DNA of 63,719 nucleotides, counting the filler, from Octopus bimaculoides (lineage: Eukaryota): the NCBI RefSeq assembly GCF_001194135.2. It is 7 parts of 7 records of this genome, joined end to end, with 100 filler letters (N's around TTAATTAATTAA, not from the genome) between each part and the next. Parts side by side here need not be neighbours in the genome. Positions count along the whole stretch, not along the records: positions 31,469 to 54,694 come from NC_068981.1; positions 54,795 to 58,661 come from NC_068988.1; positions 58,762 to 61,232 come from NW_026336117.1; positions 61,333 to 63,719 come from NC_069001.1; 3 more parts are not named here. One strand, 5' to 3'. Both the position numbers and the translations under genes were made by a program. This document shows positions 53,037 to 63,719 of the stretch, piece by piece. Numbering within the stretch: the first letter of the stretch is position 1; each line of letters starts with the position of its first letter. The notes below the pieces were generated by a model that was not told where the DNA came from, searched no databases, and saw only the letters and a list, made by a program, of their open reading frames with translations.

Positions 53037-53759
53037 NNNNNNNNNNNNNNNNNNNNNNNNNNNNNNNNNNNNNNNNNNNNNNNNNNNNNNNNNNNNNNNN
53101 NNNNNNNNNNNNNNNNNNNNNNNNNNNNNNNNNNNNNNNNNNNNNNNNNNNNNNNNNNNNNNNNNNNNNNNNNNNNNNNNNNNNNNNNNNNNNNNNNNNN
53201 NNNNNNNNNNNNNNNNNNNNNNNNNNNNNNNNNNNNNNNNNNNNNNNNNNNNNNNNNNNNNNNNNNNNNNNNNNNNNNNNNNNNNNNNNNNNNNNNNNNN
53301 NNNNNNNNNNNNNNNNNNNNNNNNNNNNNNNNNNNNNNNNNNNNNNNNNNNNNNNNNNNNNNNNNNNNNNNNNNNNNNNNNNNNNNNNNNNNNNNNNNNN
53401 NNNNNNNNNNNNNNNNNNNNNNNNNNNNNNNNNNNNNNNNNNNNNNNNNNNNNNNNNNNNNNNNNNNNNNNNNNNNNNNNNNNNNNNNNNNNNNNNNNNN
53501 NNNNNNNNNNNNNNNNNNNNNNNNNNNNNNNNNNNNNNNNNNNNNNNNNNNNNNNNNNNNNNNNNNNNNNNNNNNNNNNCAATATTTCTAGGATTTCGAT
53601 CGAAGCTTTCATGTTTTTTTTATCTTCACTTTTATAGTCCCCCGCCCCCAAACGCACTCTTTAAAACAAACATCTTCTCAAATATCCTTTCTCAGTTCCG
53701 ACAAAATCTTGAGTCTCCCATGAAACATTGGTAGGGCTACCATATATTTATTTATTCAT

Positions 53760-53794
<35 letters not shown>

Positions 53795-54453
53795 TTGCAC
53801 TATAACTTGCAAAGCAATAATATCACTTCGCAGACTCATCAAAGATCTAACTTAATTATCAGGAAATTATTCATAACACAAGACTAAATCTGAATTCTAT
53901 CTAAATCCATCAAATTCTGTCGATTTATAAGAAAAACCGGTAAGGACCACTAGCGTCTTTCTGACTAGAACTTTCACTCTGAAATATGAGGTCTATGTTT
54001 AGGGAATAGATTTTAGGAAAAAAAAAAGAAAAACGCACACACACACACACACACACACAAACATCCACCCCCTTGCAAATTTCTGTTTATATTGTTGCAT
54101 ACACTAAATGGTAAATTTACGATGCAAAACACCAATTCGCTTTCTGCAATGTAACATCAACAACAATGATTAAAAAAAAATGAATAAGAAAAGTTGGACA
54201 AAAAAACAGGAAAGACATATACAAAAATATAAAAAAATATTTCGAAAAACGATGAAAACATGTCTTTTTAGATGGATAAAAGTGATATAAAACTATATAT
54301 AGGGGTTAACCCTATTATTGTATAGAAAGAAATCTAATCATACAATTGATCAATGTACAAACAGATATGAAAAATCACATGGCTATATGCTTCCGATACA
54401 AACGTATACAACAACACATACACGCAGACACACGCGCACACAAAAATACAAAC

Positions 54454-54507
<54 letters not shown>

Positions 54508-54794
54508 GTTCGTATATTTGAAAATAGATACACATACATACACAATGTACTTGTAAGCAACAACATATACTAAACGCACTGATATGTGTTTATATATATG
54601 TACGTGTATATACATGTATGTATTTGTATATAGATATGTATGTATGTGTATATATTTATATATATTGAGAGAGAGAGAGAGAGAGAGATAATATNNNNNN
54701 NNNNNNNNNNNNNNNNNNNNNNNNNNNNNNNNNNNNNNTTAATTAATTAANNNNNNNNNNNNNNNNNNNNNNNNNNNNNNNNNNNNNNNNNNNN

Positions 54795-54852
<58 letters not shown>

Positions 54853-55383
54853 TGCATGTATGCATATGGATACGTGCACACACATGCTGACACGTATACA
54901 CACACATACACACATATTTAAGCCGTATTTTTAAATATTCAAACAAAATATCAACAATAGTAACAATATGGTTTTTACATTATTTCTTACCAAATACTCC
55001 TCACACACACACACACACACACATAAACTCTTAGCCCAGAGTAAATACCATAAGCAAAACAAGACCATCACGAATGGCAATAGCAGTAATAAATAGCAAC
55101 AACAACAACAACAAAAACAATAGCAATAACAATAATAATAAGAACAACAACAATAGCCACAAGAACAACTATTACTACAACAATAGGAAAACAGTGAGAG
55201 ATTTGTTTTGTTTACTTAATGTTTTTTCTATATACAACCTGACACCGATCCGTACCTAATAAAATTGATGTCACTGTAATTCGAACTCAGAAATCTTAAA
55301 TATGCCTTTGATTTATGTGTACAGTATTTGTCTTTTCTTTTCTTTTCTTTTCCTTTTTTCTTTTTTCTTTCTTTCGTTCTTTG

Positions 55384-55443
<60 letters not shown>

Positions 55444-56816
55444 GGCTCGCTCAGTTTTTCAAAGACTTATACTTACATATGTCTATAAAAAGTTAATGCC
55501 CATATATTTATACGAGGATAACGAGGAAGAGAGAAATAGATACACTTACGCACACAAATAGATAGACACACACGTGTTATAAATAGATAGATAGATAGAT
55601 ATAGGTCTATATATATACATCTAAATATGCATACATATGCATAAGTATATNNNNNNNNNNNNNNNNNNNNNNNNNNNNNNNNNNNNNNNNNNNNNNNNNN
55701 NNNNNNNNNNNNNNNNNNNNNNNNNNNNNNNNNNNNNNNNNNNNNNNNNNNNNNNNNNNNNNNNNNNNNNNNNNNNNNNNNNNNNNNNNNNNNNNNNNNN
55801 NNNNNNNNNNNNNNNNNNNNNNNNNNNNNNNNNNNNNNNNNNNNNNNNNNNNNNNNNNNNNNNNNNNNNNNNNNNNNNNNNNNNNNNNNNNNNNNNNNNN
55901 NNNNNNNNNNNNNNNNNNNNNNNNNNNNNNNNNNNNNNNNNNNNNNNNNNNNNNNATATATACATAAATATATATACATAAATCCGAAGTGTACAATACT
56001 ATGTATGCATTACGGTCAATCTTACCAATCGGATTCGCGCTAGAAATTCAACGGAATGTTAGGCAACTGGCGGAATTTGTAAGGTTTTAAAGAAATTTCT
56101 CTGCACTTTCGGTTTCGTTTCTTTTTGCTCTGGCAGTACCATCTGAGACGACGCCATTTTTTTCTTTTGAGCTGTATCAGTCTTGACGCTTACTTAGATA
56201 TCATTGGTAACAGTAAGAAGGGAGACCTTTTTCAAATGAGCAACTGACAGGCCTCCGCAAAACCATTGCCCAGGCCTATACATTGATAAGAATACAGGTG
56301 TATAGACAACTCTGAACCACAAAGGCCTGGCCAGAACACAACAATATCTGTTGAGAAGATGCAACCGGTCTTAAGAAATTCTTATTCCAACAAACTGATT
56401 GCGTATGAATGAATTTATTTTGTTGCTATTGTTGTAGTATGTTGTTGTTGTGTTTGTGTTGTTGCTGTTGTTTTTGTTGTTGGGAATTTCGAGTATATAA
56501 GTCGACCCTTTGTTTTTTGGGTGTCAACTCTATTTTTGTCAGCCAGAGTTAATCATTCTTCCATGAGATCGTCCCGTCTTATACGCAACTGGCCAGCGAG
56601 GAGAGCATGGACCGGTAGACCCACATCTAGCACAGTTAAGCAAGAAACTGCATGATGAGGTGTCATTGGGCAGAGAATCGTAATTGATGAATAGAAAGGC
56701 GAGATTAAAGTCAATTTAATCAATACTGGTTCTTTCCTTTATGGTTTATCGATTCCGACAGAACAGAAGGCAAACATGACACCCGCCATTTTGAACTCAG
56801 AAAGCATGAGGACATA

Positions 56817-57679
56817 CGAGGTGGTATCAAAAAGTTTCCGGACTAATTCGGTAGCGCACCAACAAATGGCAGCAAACGGATGCGTGCGCAATGAGAGCTA
56901 GCAGTGACCTTCATGAGGCAGTGTGCCGAGTGACAGTACAGCGTTTTTCTTCGCAAATAATTTGTGTTTTAGTGATCACGTGTATAATGTCGTCTGTAAT
57001 TTTATCACGGGCAGGAACAAAGAGCCAACGTGAAATTTTGCGTTAAACTTGGGACGTTTGCTACAGAAACATTGAGCATGCTTCAAAGACGAAGTAGCAG
57101 TTGTCACAATGGAAGAGCCCTTCATCTCCACGACAGAGCCGCAGCTCAATCAAAAGTATGCTCATTGTTTTTTCTTACATCTGCAATATTGTGCATCGAG
57201 AATTCGTCCCCTAGAGTGAGAACATCAATCGAGAGTTCTGCGACATTTTGAAGCGTTTGACGGAGGACATTCGACGAAAGCGACCAGATCTGTGGAGCAT
57301 GAGGAATTGGATTCTTCACGGCGACAATGCACCTCATCACCAAGCTCTCCTCCCTCGTGAGTTTCTCACCAACAACAACATGGTATCGCTTCCGCACCCG
57401 CTCTGTTTGCCAGACTTAGCACCTACAAACTTCCATCTCTTCTCAAAAATGGAAATGCCGTTTTAACACCGTTGCCGAGATCCAGAGCGAATCGCAGAAG
57501 GTCCTCGATTCGCTTACAGAAAACGACTTCCCGGCCGGATTCCAAAAGCTGTAGAAACGCTGGGACCGCTGCATTGCTGCGCAAGGTGACTATCGCGAAA
57601 GAGTTGATGTTAAAACTGAGGTAAATAAGTATTGTTTTATTAAGCATAACTAGCTCGGGAACTTCTTGATAAAATCTCG
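56817..57679 (+). mobile_element. Internally deleted mariner (DD34D-type) transposon
   Basis: TA|CGAGGTGGTATCAAAAAGTTTCCGGACTA ... TAGCTCGGGAACTTCTTGATAAAATCTCG|TA. Remnants QRANVKFCVKLG, WILHGDNAPHH, PDLAPTNFHLF and KRWDRCIAAQGDY correspond to mariner HDNA.PH and YSPDLAP.DF motifs. Confidence 0.93.
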
Positions 57680-58761
57680 TAAGTAAATAACACAGGACAT
57701 GTCGGGTACACTACCGATCCTACCATCCATATACATTCAAAGAACAACAATATTAAAAACTCATCGAAGTCATAGTCGTGGTTTGCAATTTCCATCATTG
57801 GAGTTCTCTCGTTTATTTCAATTACTTTTGTTTCGTTTTCTTCTGGCATGGGCTAGCAGACGACTAAAGAGTCTCAGATATCATCGAAGTGTTTGATAAT
57901 ATTTTCTCCATAGGTTCTGTTGGTAGCTACCTTCTCTTTTACATTTTAAGTTTCAGATGCTTTTTGCCCTTTCTGTCTCACTCAAAGCTTTCACAATCAA
58001 GATGACGGAGGTTCCGCCATTATTATTTTCTTTTTTATCTTTTGCCAGGTTCAAACAATTTTGGCTGGATGTTGCGAAGTGAGAGATTTCACTTCAAGAC
58101 GTCTAAGAATAACAAAACAACAATATAAATAAACAATATTGAGTAACCAAATGCAGTATATATATTTTTTTAAATGTCAAAGGGATAATTTACTCAAGCA
58201 CGAAAAAGCTCGACCTGCAAGAAACAACTACTATATTTCCCTCAAATCAAAAGCCTATAGTCTTAAGAAAAGTTCACATTGATTAATGTAAGCCAAAATG
58301 CTCCTACATCGGAGAAACCAGAAGTACAAATTCAGTGGCTTTGGATATAAAATACTGGAAAAGAAAAGGAGATGGTCATGGCTGGAATATTCACAGATCA
58401 TAGGTCTACATTTGACCTAAGGCTAAATAATAACAACGGCAGTAGCAGCAGCAACAACTACAACATGAACAACAACAACAACAACAACTAAACAAACAAC
58501 ATCTATGGCAGAAGGTCATCCTAACGGGTTTAAGAGATCTCAGTGAATCTAAAGTTGATACGATGAAAAAATGCGGTAAACAAGCACTGAATTTTTTCCA
58601 GACTTTTACAAACACACACACACACACACACACACACAGAGGCACACACACACACACACACNNNNNNNNNNNNNNNNNNNNNNNNNNNNNNNNNNNNNNN
58701 NNNNNTTAATTAATTAANNNNNNNNNNNNNNNNNNNNNNNNNNNNNNNNNNNNNNNNNNNN

Positions 58762-58804
<43 letters not shown>

Positions 58805-59404
58805 TATACATCTGTGATAATTGATAGATCAATTCCACCCCAGTAACTCCAAAGTACACCAAGAGCCTCTCTGTAGACTTAGAACACATTATGAACTTAT
58901 AAATAACTTTATTATTGTTGCGTTGCCTCGTCTCTATAATATTTGGATTACATTTCTTTAATGGTGTTCTTTTGAAATAAGAAATAAAAATCAAGAAAAT
59001 TGCAGCAAAACCTTATTACAGTGAGGTCAGACGTGGCATTCAGACCTTCATATAACTTGTTTTATTCTTCTCTACTGCTTTATTTTGACATGCGCATTGC
59101 GTGTCCATACTTTTCTTTCAGGCTCCTACTCAAAACTGTTTACAGGTCACAACCGTCTCACGGACCTGCGCTCATGTGAAGCACTTGGCGCTCCGGTGGT
59201 TTTGAAAAAAGCGCTCTAGATTGTGAAAAGAATATCTTTCGTGTTTGACTGCTCATGCAAAACTTTGAAACGTGGAAGGTTATGTAAGTGTATACACATG
59301 CAAAACGTGTACACACGCGCGCGCATTCTTAGTGTATTTTCTTCAGCCCTGGGTCTCATAAGGCTCGTTCTTGGTTTCCATGTCGTATAAGCGATCGAGA
59401 TCTA

Positions 59405-59575
59405 AAAATTCTCCTCACCGAGACCCCAAACACTTTGAGAGGACAGGACGAGTGAAATACATCGACCCGAATACTTGACTGGTACTTTATTCTGCCAACC
59501 CCGAAAGGATGAAAGGCAGATTGGACCTTGGTGGAATTTCAACGCAGAACGTGAAGAGAGAGAATAAACGCTGCA
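59405..59575 (-). mobile_element. SINE family C, degenerate
   Basis: actggtacttta...ccccgaaaggatgaaaggc...ggaatttcaacgcagaacg...gattctgccagctctccacct. Confidence 0.75.
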
Positions 59576-59825
59576 AAGGTTTTTATCCGACGTGCCAAAG
59601 ATTCTGCCAGCTCTCCACCTACACAAATATAAATATTTTATTTATTTATTTACTTATTCATTTATTTATTTATTTATTTATAAATGCATGGAATCATCCG
59701 TCATTGGCGAACTGTTATGGTTTTTGTAATATGTACCGTTCTTTCTCTAATTGTTTTAGGTGCCTGTGTAGTCGCCTGCAGATAAACACAAACACACACA
59801 CTCTCTCTCTCTCACCCCCTCTCTC

Positions 59826-59871
<46 letters not shown>

Positions 59872-60487
59872 AACTTTCCCGCTCTTTCACTTAGTAGTTC
59901 TACCGACGGTCTTTTATCCATCATTGCCACCTTGAGTTGGTTTCATCTGACAAGGCTATCTAAATAAAAACAATAAAAGGAATGGAAGAGGTAGTCAAGA
60001 ACTACAGTTGTTTCGAAAGCACATCGACTGCATCTTACATAACATTACGAACGCTTCGTAACCGTCTGGTGTATTACTTTCAACTGAACAATCGAATGTA
60101 CCTGCCCCCGACGAGCTCTTTAAAACAGCTGTAGTACCCAACTATTTCTTCTATTCCTTTTATTTACAGATTTGATTATCACATTATAACGAACATTTGT
60201 GGCTTTCGAAATGGAGTTGTAGAGCGCCTGTCATCGGAAATTTCTGTCTAATCTCGATATGGGGCAAACTGTATTTGATGCATTGATTAATAAATTTTAT
60301 TGATCAATTATCGAGTCATCTGTGTTTTCTATACGAGCCGTGTTTATGCTTGAAGACGAAGCAACTGCATTTACCAACATCACATGACTGATCTGTGTGT
60401 GTGTGTGTATGTATGTGTATGTATGTACGTATGTATAAATCAATAAATAGATATATATGTACATACAAATCAATGAATAGATATGTA

Positions 60488-60520
<33 letters not shown>

Positions 60521-60857
60521 GAGTATCTATATATATATATGAGTATATATATAAATATATATGTGTGAGTGTGTGTGTATTTGTGTGTATGTATGTGTAT
60601 CTGTGTATATACATATATACACATGCATAAATGCATGCATGCATATGTATGTATAAACACATCCGCATAACCGTATAAAATCATTTATGTATATATATTC
60701 ACCCCCATATCATAGAGTAAATGAAACGCGCACATACACACACATTTTGCTACATGGTTTGCAGTAGACACGTTGTTCGAATCCTGCAAGTGTTCTTACT
60801 AATCTTTTCTATCTTCTTCATCGATATTATTAAATATACATACACACATATATATCA

Positions 60858-61228
60858 TGGCACTCCGTCGCTTACGACGACGAGGGTTCCAGTTGATCCG
60901 ATCAACGGAACAGCCTGCTCGTGAAATTAACGTGCAAGTGGCTGAGCACTCCACAGACACGTGTACCCTTAACGTAGTTCTCGGGAATATTCAGCGTGAC
61001 ACAGTGTGACAAGGCTGACCCCTTTGAATTACAGGCACAACAGAAACAGGAAGAAAGAGTGAGAGAAAGTTGTGGTGGAAGAATACAGCAGGGTTCGCCA
61101 CCATCCCCTGCCGGAGCCTCGTGGAGCTTTAGGTGTTTTCGCTCAATAAACACTCACAACGCCCGGTCTGGGAATCGAAACTATGACCACGAGTCCGCTG
61201 CCTTAACCACTGGGCCATTGCGCCTCCT
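60858..61228 (-). mobile_element. tRNA-derived SINE family B, full length
   Basis: Reverse complement of 37983-38352. Confidence 0.93.
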
Positions 61229-61371
61229 ACATNNNNNNNNNNNNNNNNNNNNNNNNNNNNNNNNNNNNNNNNNNNNTTAATTAATTAANNNNNNNNNNNN
61301 NNNNNNNNNNNNNNNNNNNNNNNNNNNNNNNNATAATGATAATAATAATAATAATGATGATGATGATGATA

Positions 61372-61412
<41 letters not shown>

Positions 61413-61440
61413 TTCTTAAGTAACGAGTTGATGGCTTTGG

Positions 61441-62107
61441 TATTAACCTTTATTTTGTACATCGGCCGTTTCCACCCATCCTGCTATTGTCTCTTATGGG
61501 TTGGATTCCGTTCAACATGTGTTGCATCCATTTTGCAGTCTGGATCTCATCAGATACATCCATACGTAAAGCTGTGTCTCACTAAAGAACCTGAGTTTAG
61601 GCTGTCATGTTGTCATAGACCTGTCTGGTTAGGGAAGGAAGCATTGCTACAATTTTCAATCACTATTATCTTTCCATAACAAGAATTGCAAACATTTATG
61701 AATATAAACAAATAACTGTTGATAAAAACAAATGTAGGTGAAGTGAATGGATGAACGGAGATGTATTAAGTTACATTGGGTTTAAGACATGGTATATTTA
61801 TACACGCACACATATACTTGTACACATACACATACACATTCTTGCATTCGTCTAGCGATATGCATCTCTACTGCCTCGTTAGTTTTTCGAGCAGTAACTA
61901 TTTGTTGACATATTTTATTAATATACAGCTGTATTCTAAAATTACATATTTCAGGATCTTTACCGAGGCATAACTTTATGTAAGGATGTACCTGATTAGA
62001 CCCAGACTGCAAAATGAATGCAACACAGCATGTTGAAAGGAGTCCCACCCATAAAGGACAACAGAAGGATGGGTGGCAACGACCTTTGTACAAAATAAAG
62101 TTTAATA
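61441..62107. repeat. Long inverted repeat (arms ~61441-61597 and ~61949-62107)
   Basis: The arms are diverged reverse complements; the ORF track shows homologous peptides FILY.GR.HPS...LWVG...ILQSGS.Q.HPY.KLCL on opposite strands. Confidence 0.9.
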
Positions 62108-62242
62108 TCAAATCCCACTTCTCGTGATGTAAGAAATTATTATCATTATCTCAACTAACACTGTGGAATATTCCTGAAGTAGATCCAACAGTATGTATGG
62201 AACTATCTATTCTTATGTCTATATACATATTCTTTTATTCTT

Positions 62243-62385
62243 ATATTCTTTTACTTGTTTCATTCATTTGACTGCGGCCATGCTCGGGCAACGCCTTGAA
62301 GGATTTTAGTCAATGAAATCGATCCCTGGACTTATTTCTTAAGCCTAGTACTTATTCAATCGGTTTCTTTTACCGAACCGCTAAT
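62243..62385 (-). mobile_element. SINE family A, 3' tail
   Basis: cttttacttgtttcattcatttgactgcggccatgct...cctagtacttattcaatcgg...ccgaaccgcta. Confidence 0.85.
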
Positions 62386-62989
62386 GAGATATCCCGTTTT
62401 CTGACGAAGACCGGAAGGGTCCTTATGATCCAAAAGATAAATCACTTGTTCCCCCTCTCCCGGCCCACAAATAGCTGGTCTAAGGTAGATAACCTTTAGG
62501 AACTTTTGCTCCTAACAAAGAAAGCCGAAATGTAGAAGGTACACATTCTCCAAATGCAAGAATAAAGAGACGATAAAAATTTCCAAATACGGCCGTAACT
62601 CGCTTTAATCTTTACGTAGCATGAAAAAAAAAACAAAACAGTATTTGTATTAAGAGAGATCAAGCCAGTTTCTGTGCGTTCGTATTCATACACATAAGAG
62701 GTGGTTATCTTTTTTACCGTTACATCACTTGGAATTGCAGCAGGAAGAAAATACGTCTATTCACTTTGGTTGCGCCGTCCAAAAGCTATAGATTTAATTC
62801 TCCCACAATGCAACACTACGACATGTACCATCCAGTGGCTAATCGGTGAGACAACTTTGGTTTCAAGGGAGGTAACTGTCTACAAACCCATCCTCATTGA
62901 CGCGTGACTATTTATTCTTTAACCAAATGACCAATGACCGTAACAGCTTTCTGCCCACCAAAAGTGAAGAGTTATATTTGTCTTCGGAC

Positions 62990-63053
62990 TAGAGTCTGAT
63001 GAGACGTCCCTGAGATTATAACCTTCGTGGGTGCGAAACTATTGGTCACTCTA
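62990..63053 (+). ncRNA. Type I hammerhead ribozyme with an intact catalytic core
   Basis: TAGAGT-CTGATGA-GACGTCCC..GGGTGC-GAAA-CTATTGG-TC^-ACTCTA: 6-bp helix I, canonical CUGAUGA and GAAA, GUC cleavage triplet (63045-63047), short helix III. Confidence 0.75.
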
Positions 63054-63202
63054 TGACCAGGCATTAACTTTATAACTTTAAAAATTCACTGCTATATGAT
63101 TCGGTGTGCTTCTTTTTCGGATAAATTATAAATTGACCACACGCACACGCACACGCACATACACGCGCACGCACACACACGCACACACACGCAAGCAAAT
63201 AT

Positions 63203-63243
<41 letters not shown>

Positions 63244-63245
<2 letters not shown>

Positions 63246-63278
63246 GGCGCAGGCGTGGCTGTATGGAAGCTTGCTTCC
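63244..63278 (+). mobile_element. SINE-A head only, ending at the hotspot
   Basis: taggcgcaggcgtggctgtatggaagcttgcttcc, then unrelated sequence. Confidence 0.8.
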
Positions 63279-63367
63279 GCGCATGCGTCACCCAGAGTGC
63301 ATTTGGCTTGGCGTTTGTGTGCGAGTCGGACGTTTTTTGTTTCTTTGCTGCTTTGAGGGTAGAGACA

Positions 63368-63719
63368 ATGTACTCAGACTTCAGTGGGTCTGAGTTGTCT
63401 TCAGCAGAGGAGGAGCTAGTAAGGATGGTCATAAAGATGGACGGAGTGTTGGAGAAGACAAGGAGTTTTGCTGAGGCCACGGAGATGAAGCGAAGGGAAT
63501 TGGACTTGGCTGGTCTGAAGGAGTATGAGAAGATGGTACAGAAGGTGAGAGGGGACGTGAGGCTGTCCCCCACCAAAAGGAATTATGGAGCGGATGGAGA
63601 GAAAAACGATCACCTATAGGGTGTTCTCGTTAAAAGGTAAAAAGGCCGAGCAGGTGGAAGTTGAAACGGAAAAGGCGCCAAGGAAGAAGTCGAAAGAAAT
63701 AATATACATAACTAAAGAA
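63368..63719 (+). pseudogene. 5' part of a retroelement ORF1-like gene with one frameshift near 63600
   Basis: MYSDFSGSELSSAEEELVRMVIKMDGVLEKTRSFAEATEMKRRELDLAGLKEYEKMVQKVRG... to TAG at 63619. A shifted frame KTITYRVFSLKGKKAEQVEVETEKAPRKKSKEIIYITKE stays open to the window end. It is non-repetitive and charged, and follows a short T-rich leader; the family assignment is inference. Confidence 0.55.

Noticed and set aside
57640-57849. 69-aa minus-strand ORF MPEENETK...DYDFDEFL
   Set aside because: No recognisable domain; it overlaps the mariner TIR and has no supporting splice signals.
60150-60260. Strong-looking splice acceptor (tattccttttatttacag at 60152-60169) followed by a short open frame
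   Set aside because: No recognisable protein, no clear donor or partner exon; such tracts are common in AT-rich DNA.

Overview
AT-rich, repeat-saturated, gap-rich metazoan draft sequence. The SINE families, microsatellite load and TTAATTAATTAA gap linkers resemble a coleoid cephalopod (Octopus-like) assembly; this is inference. I can support no intact host gene, rRNA, true tRNA or CRISPR array. Nearly all listed ORFs are microsatellite or N-gap artefacts. The window holds tRNA-derived SINEs (families A, B, C, E and G, my labels), fragments of L1/Tx1, RTE, R4/Dong-like and Penelope-like retroelements, a deleted mariner, a Tc1 fragment, several MITEs, Helentron-like elements and hammerhead ribozyme motifs. 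The most interesting signal: five of about ten SINE-A copies that retain the head region are interrupted at essentially the same site, just 3' of the Pol III A-box (GGTAA^G[T/A]AGCTTGCTT). The inserts are co-oriented, and the three whose 3' ends are visible have related tails. One carries a perfect 10-bp TSD and another begins with an ORF1-like reading frame. This points to a SINE-targeting, site-specific non-LTR retrotransposon with a partner SINE. Also notable are a ~4 kb CpG-rich TACG/TTCG satellite that flips polarity at its midpoint and a near-canonical type I hammerhead ribozyme at ~63 kb.
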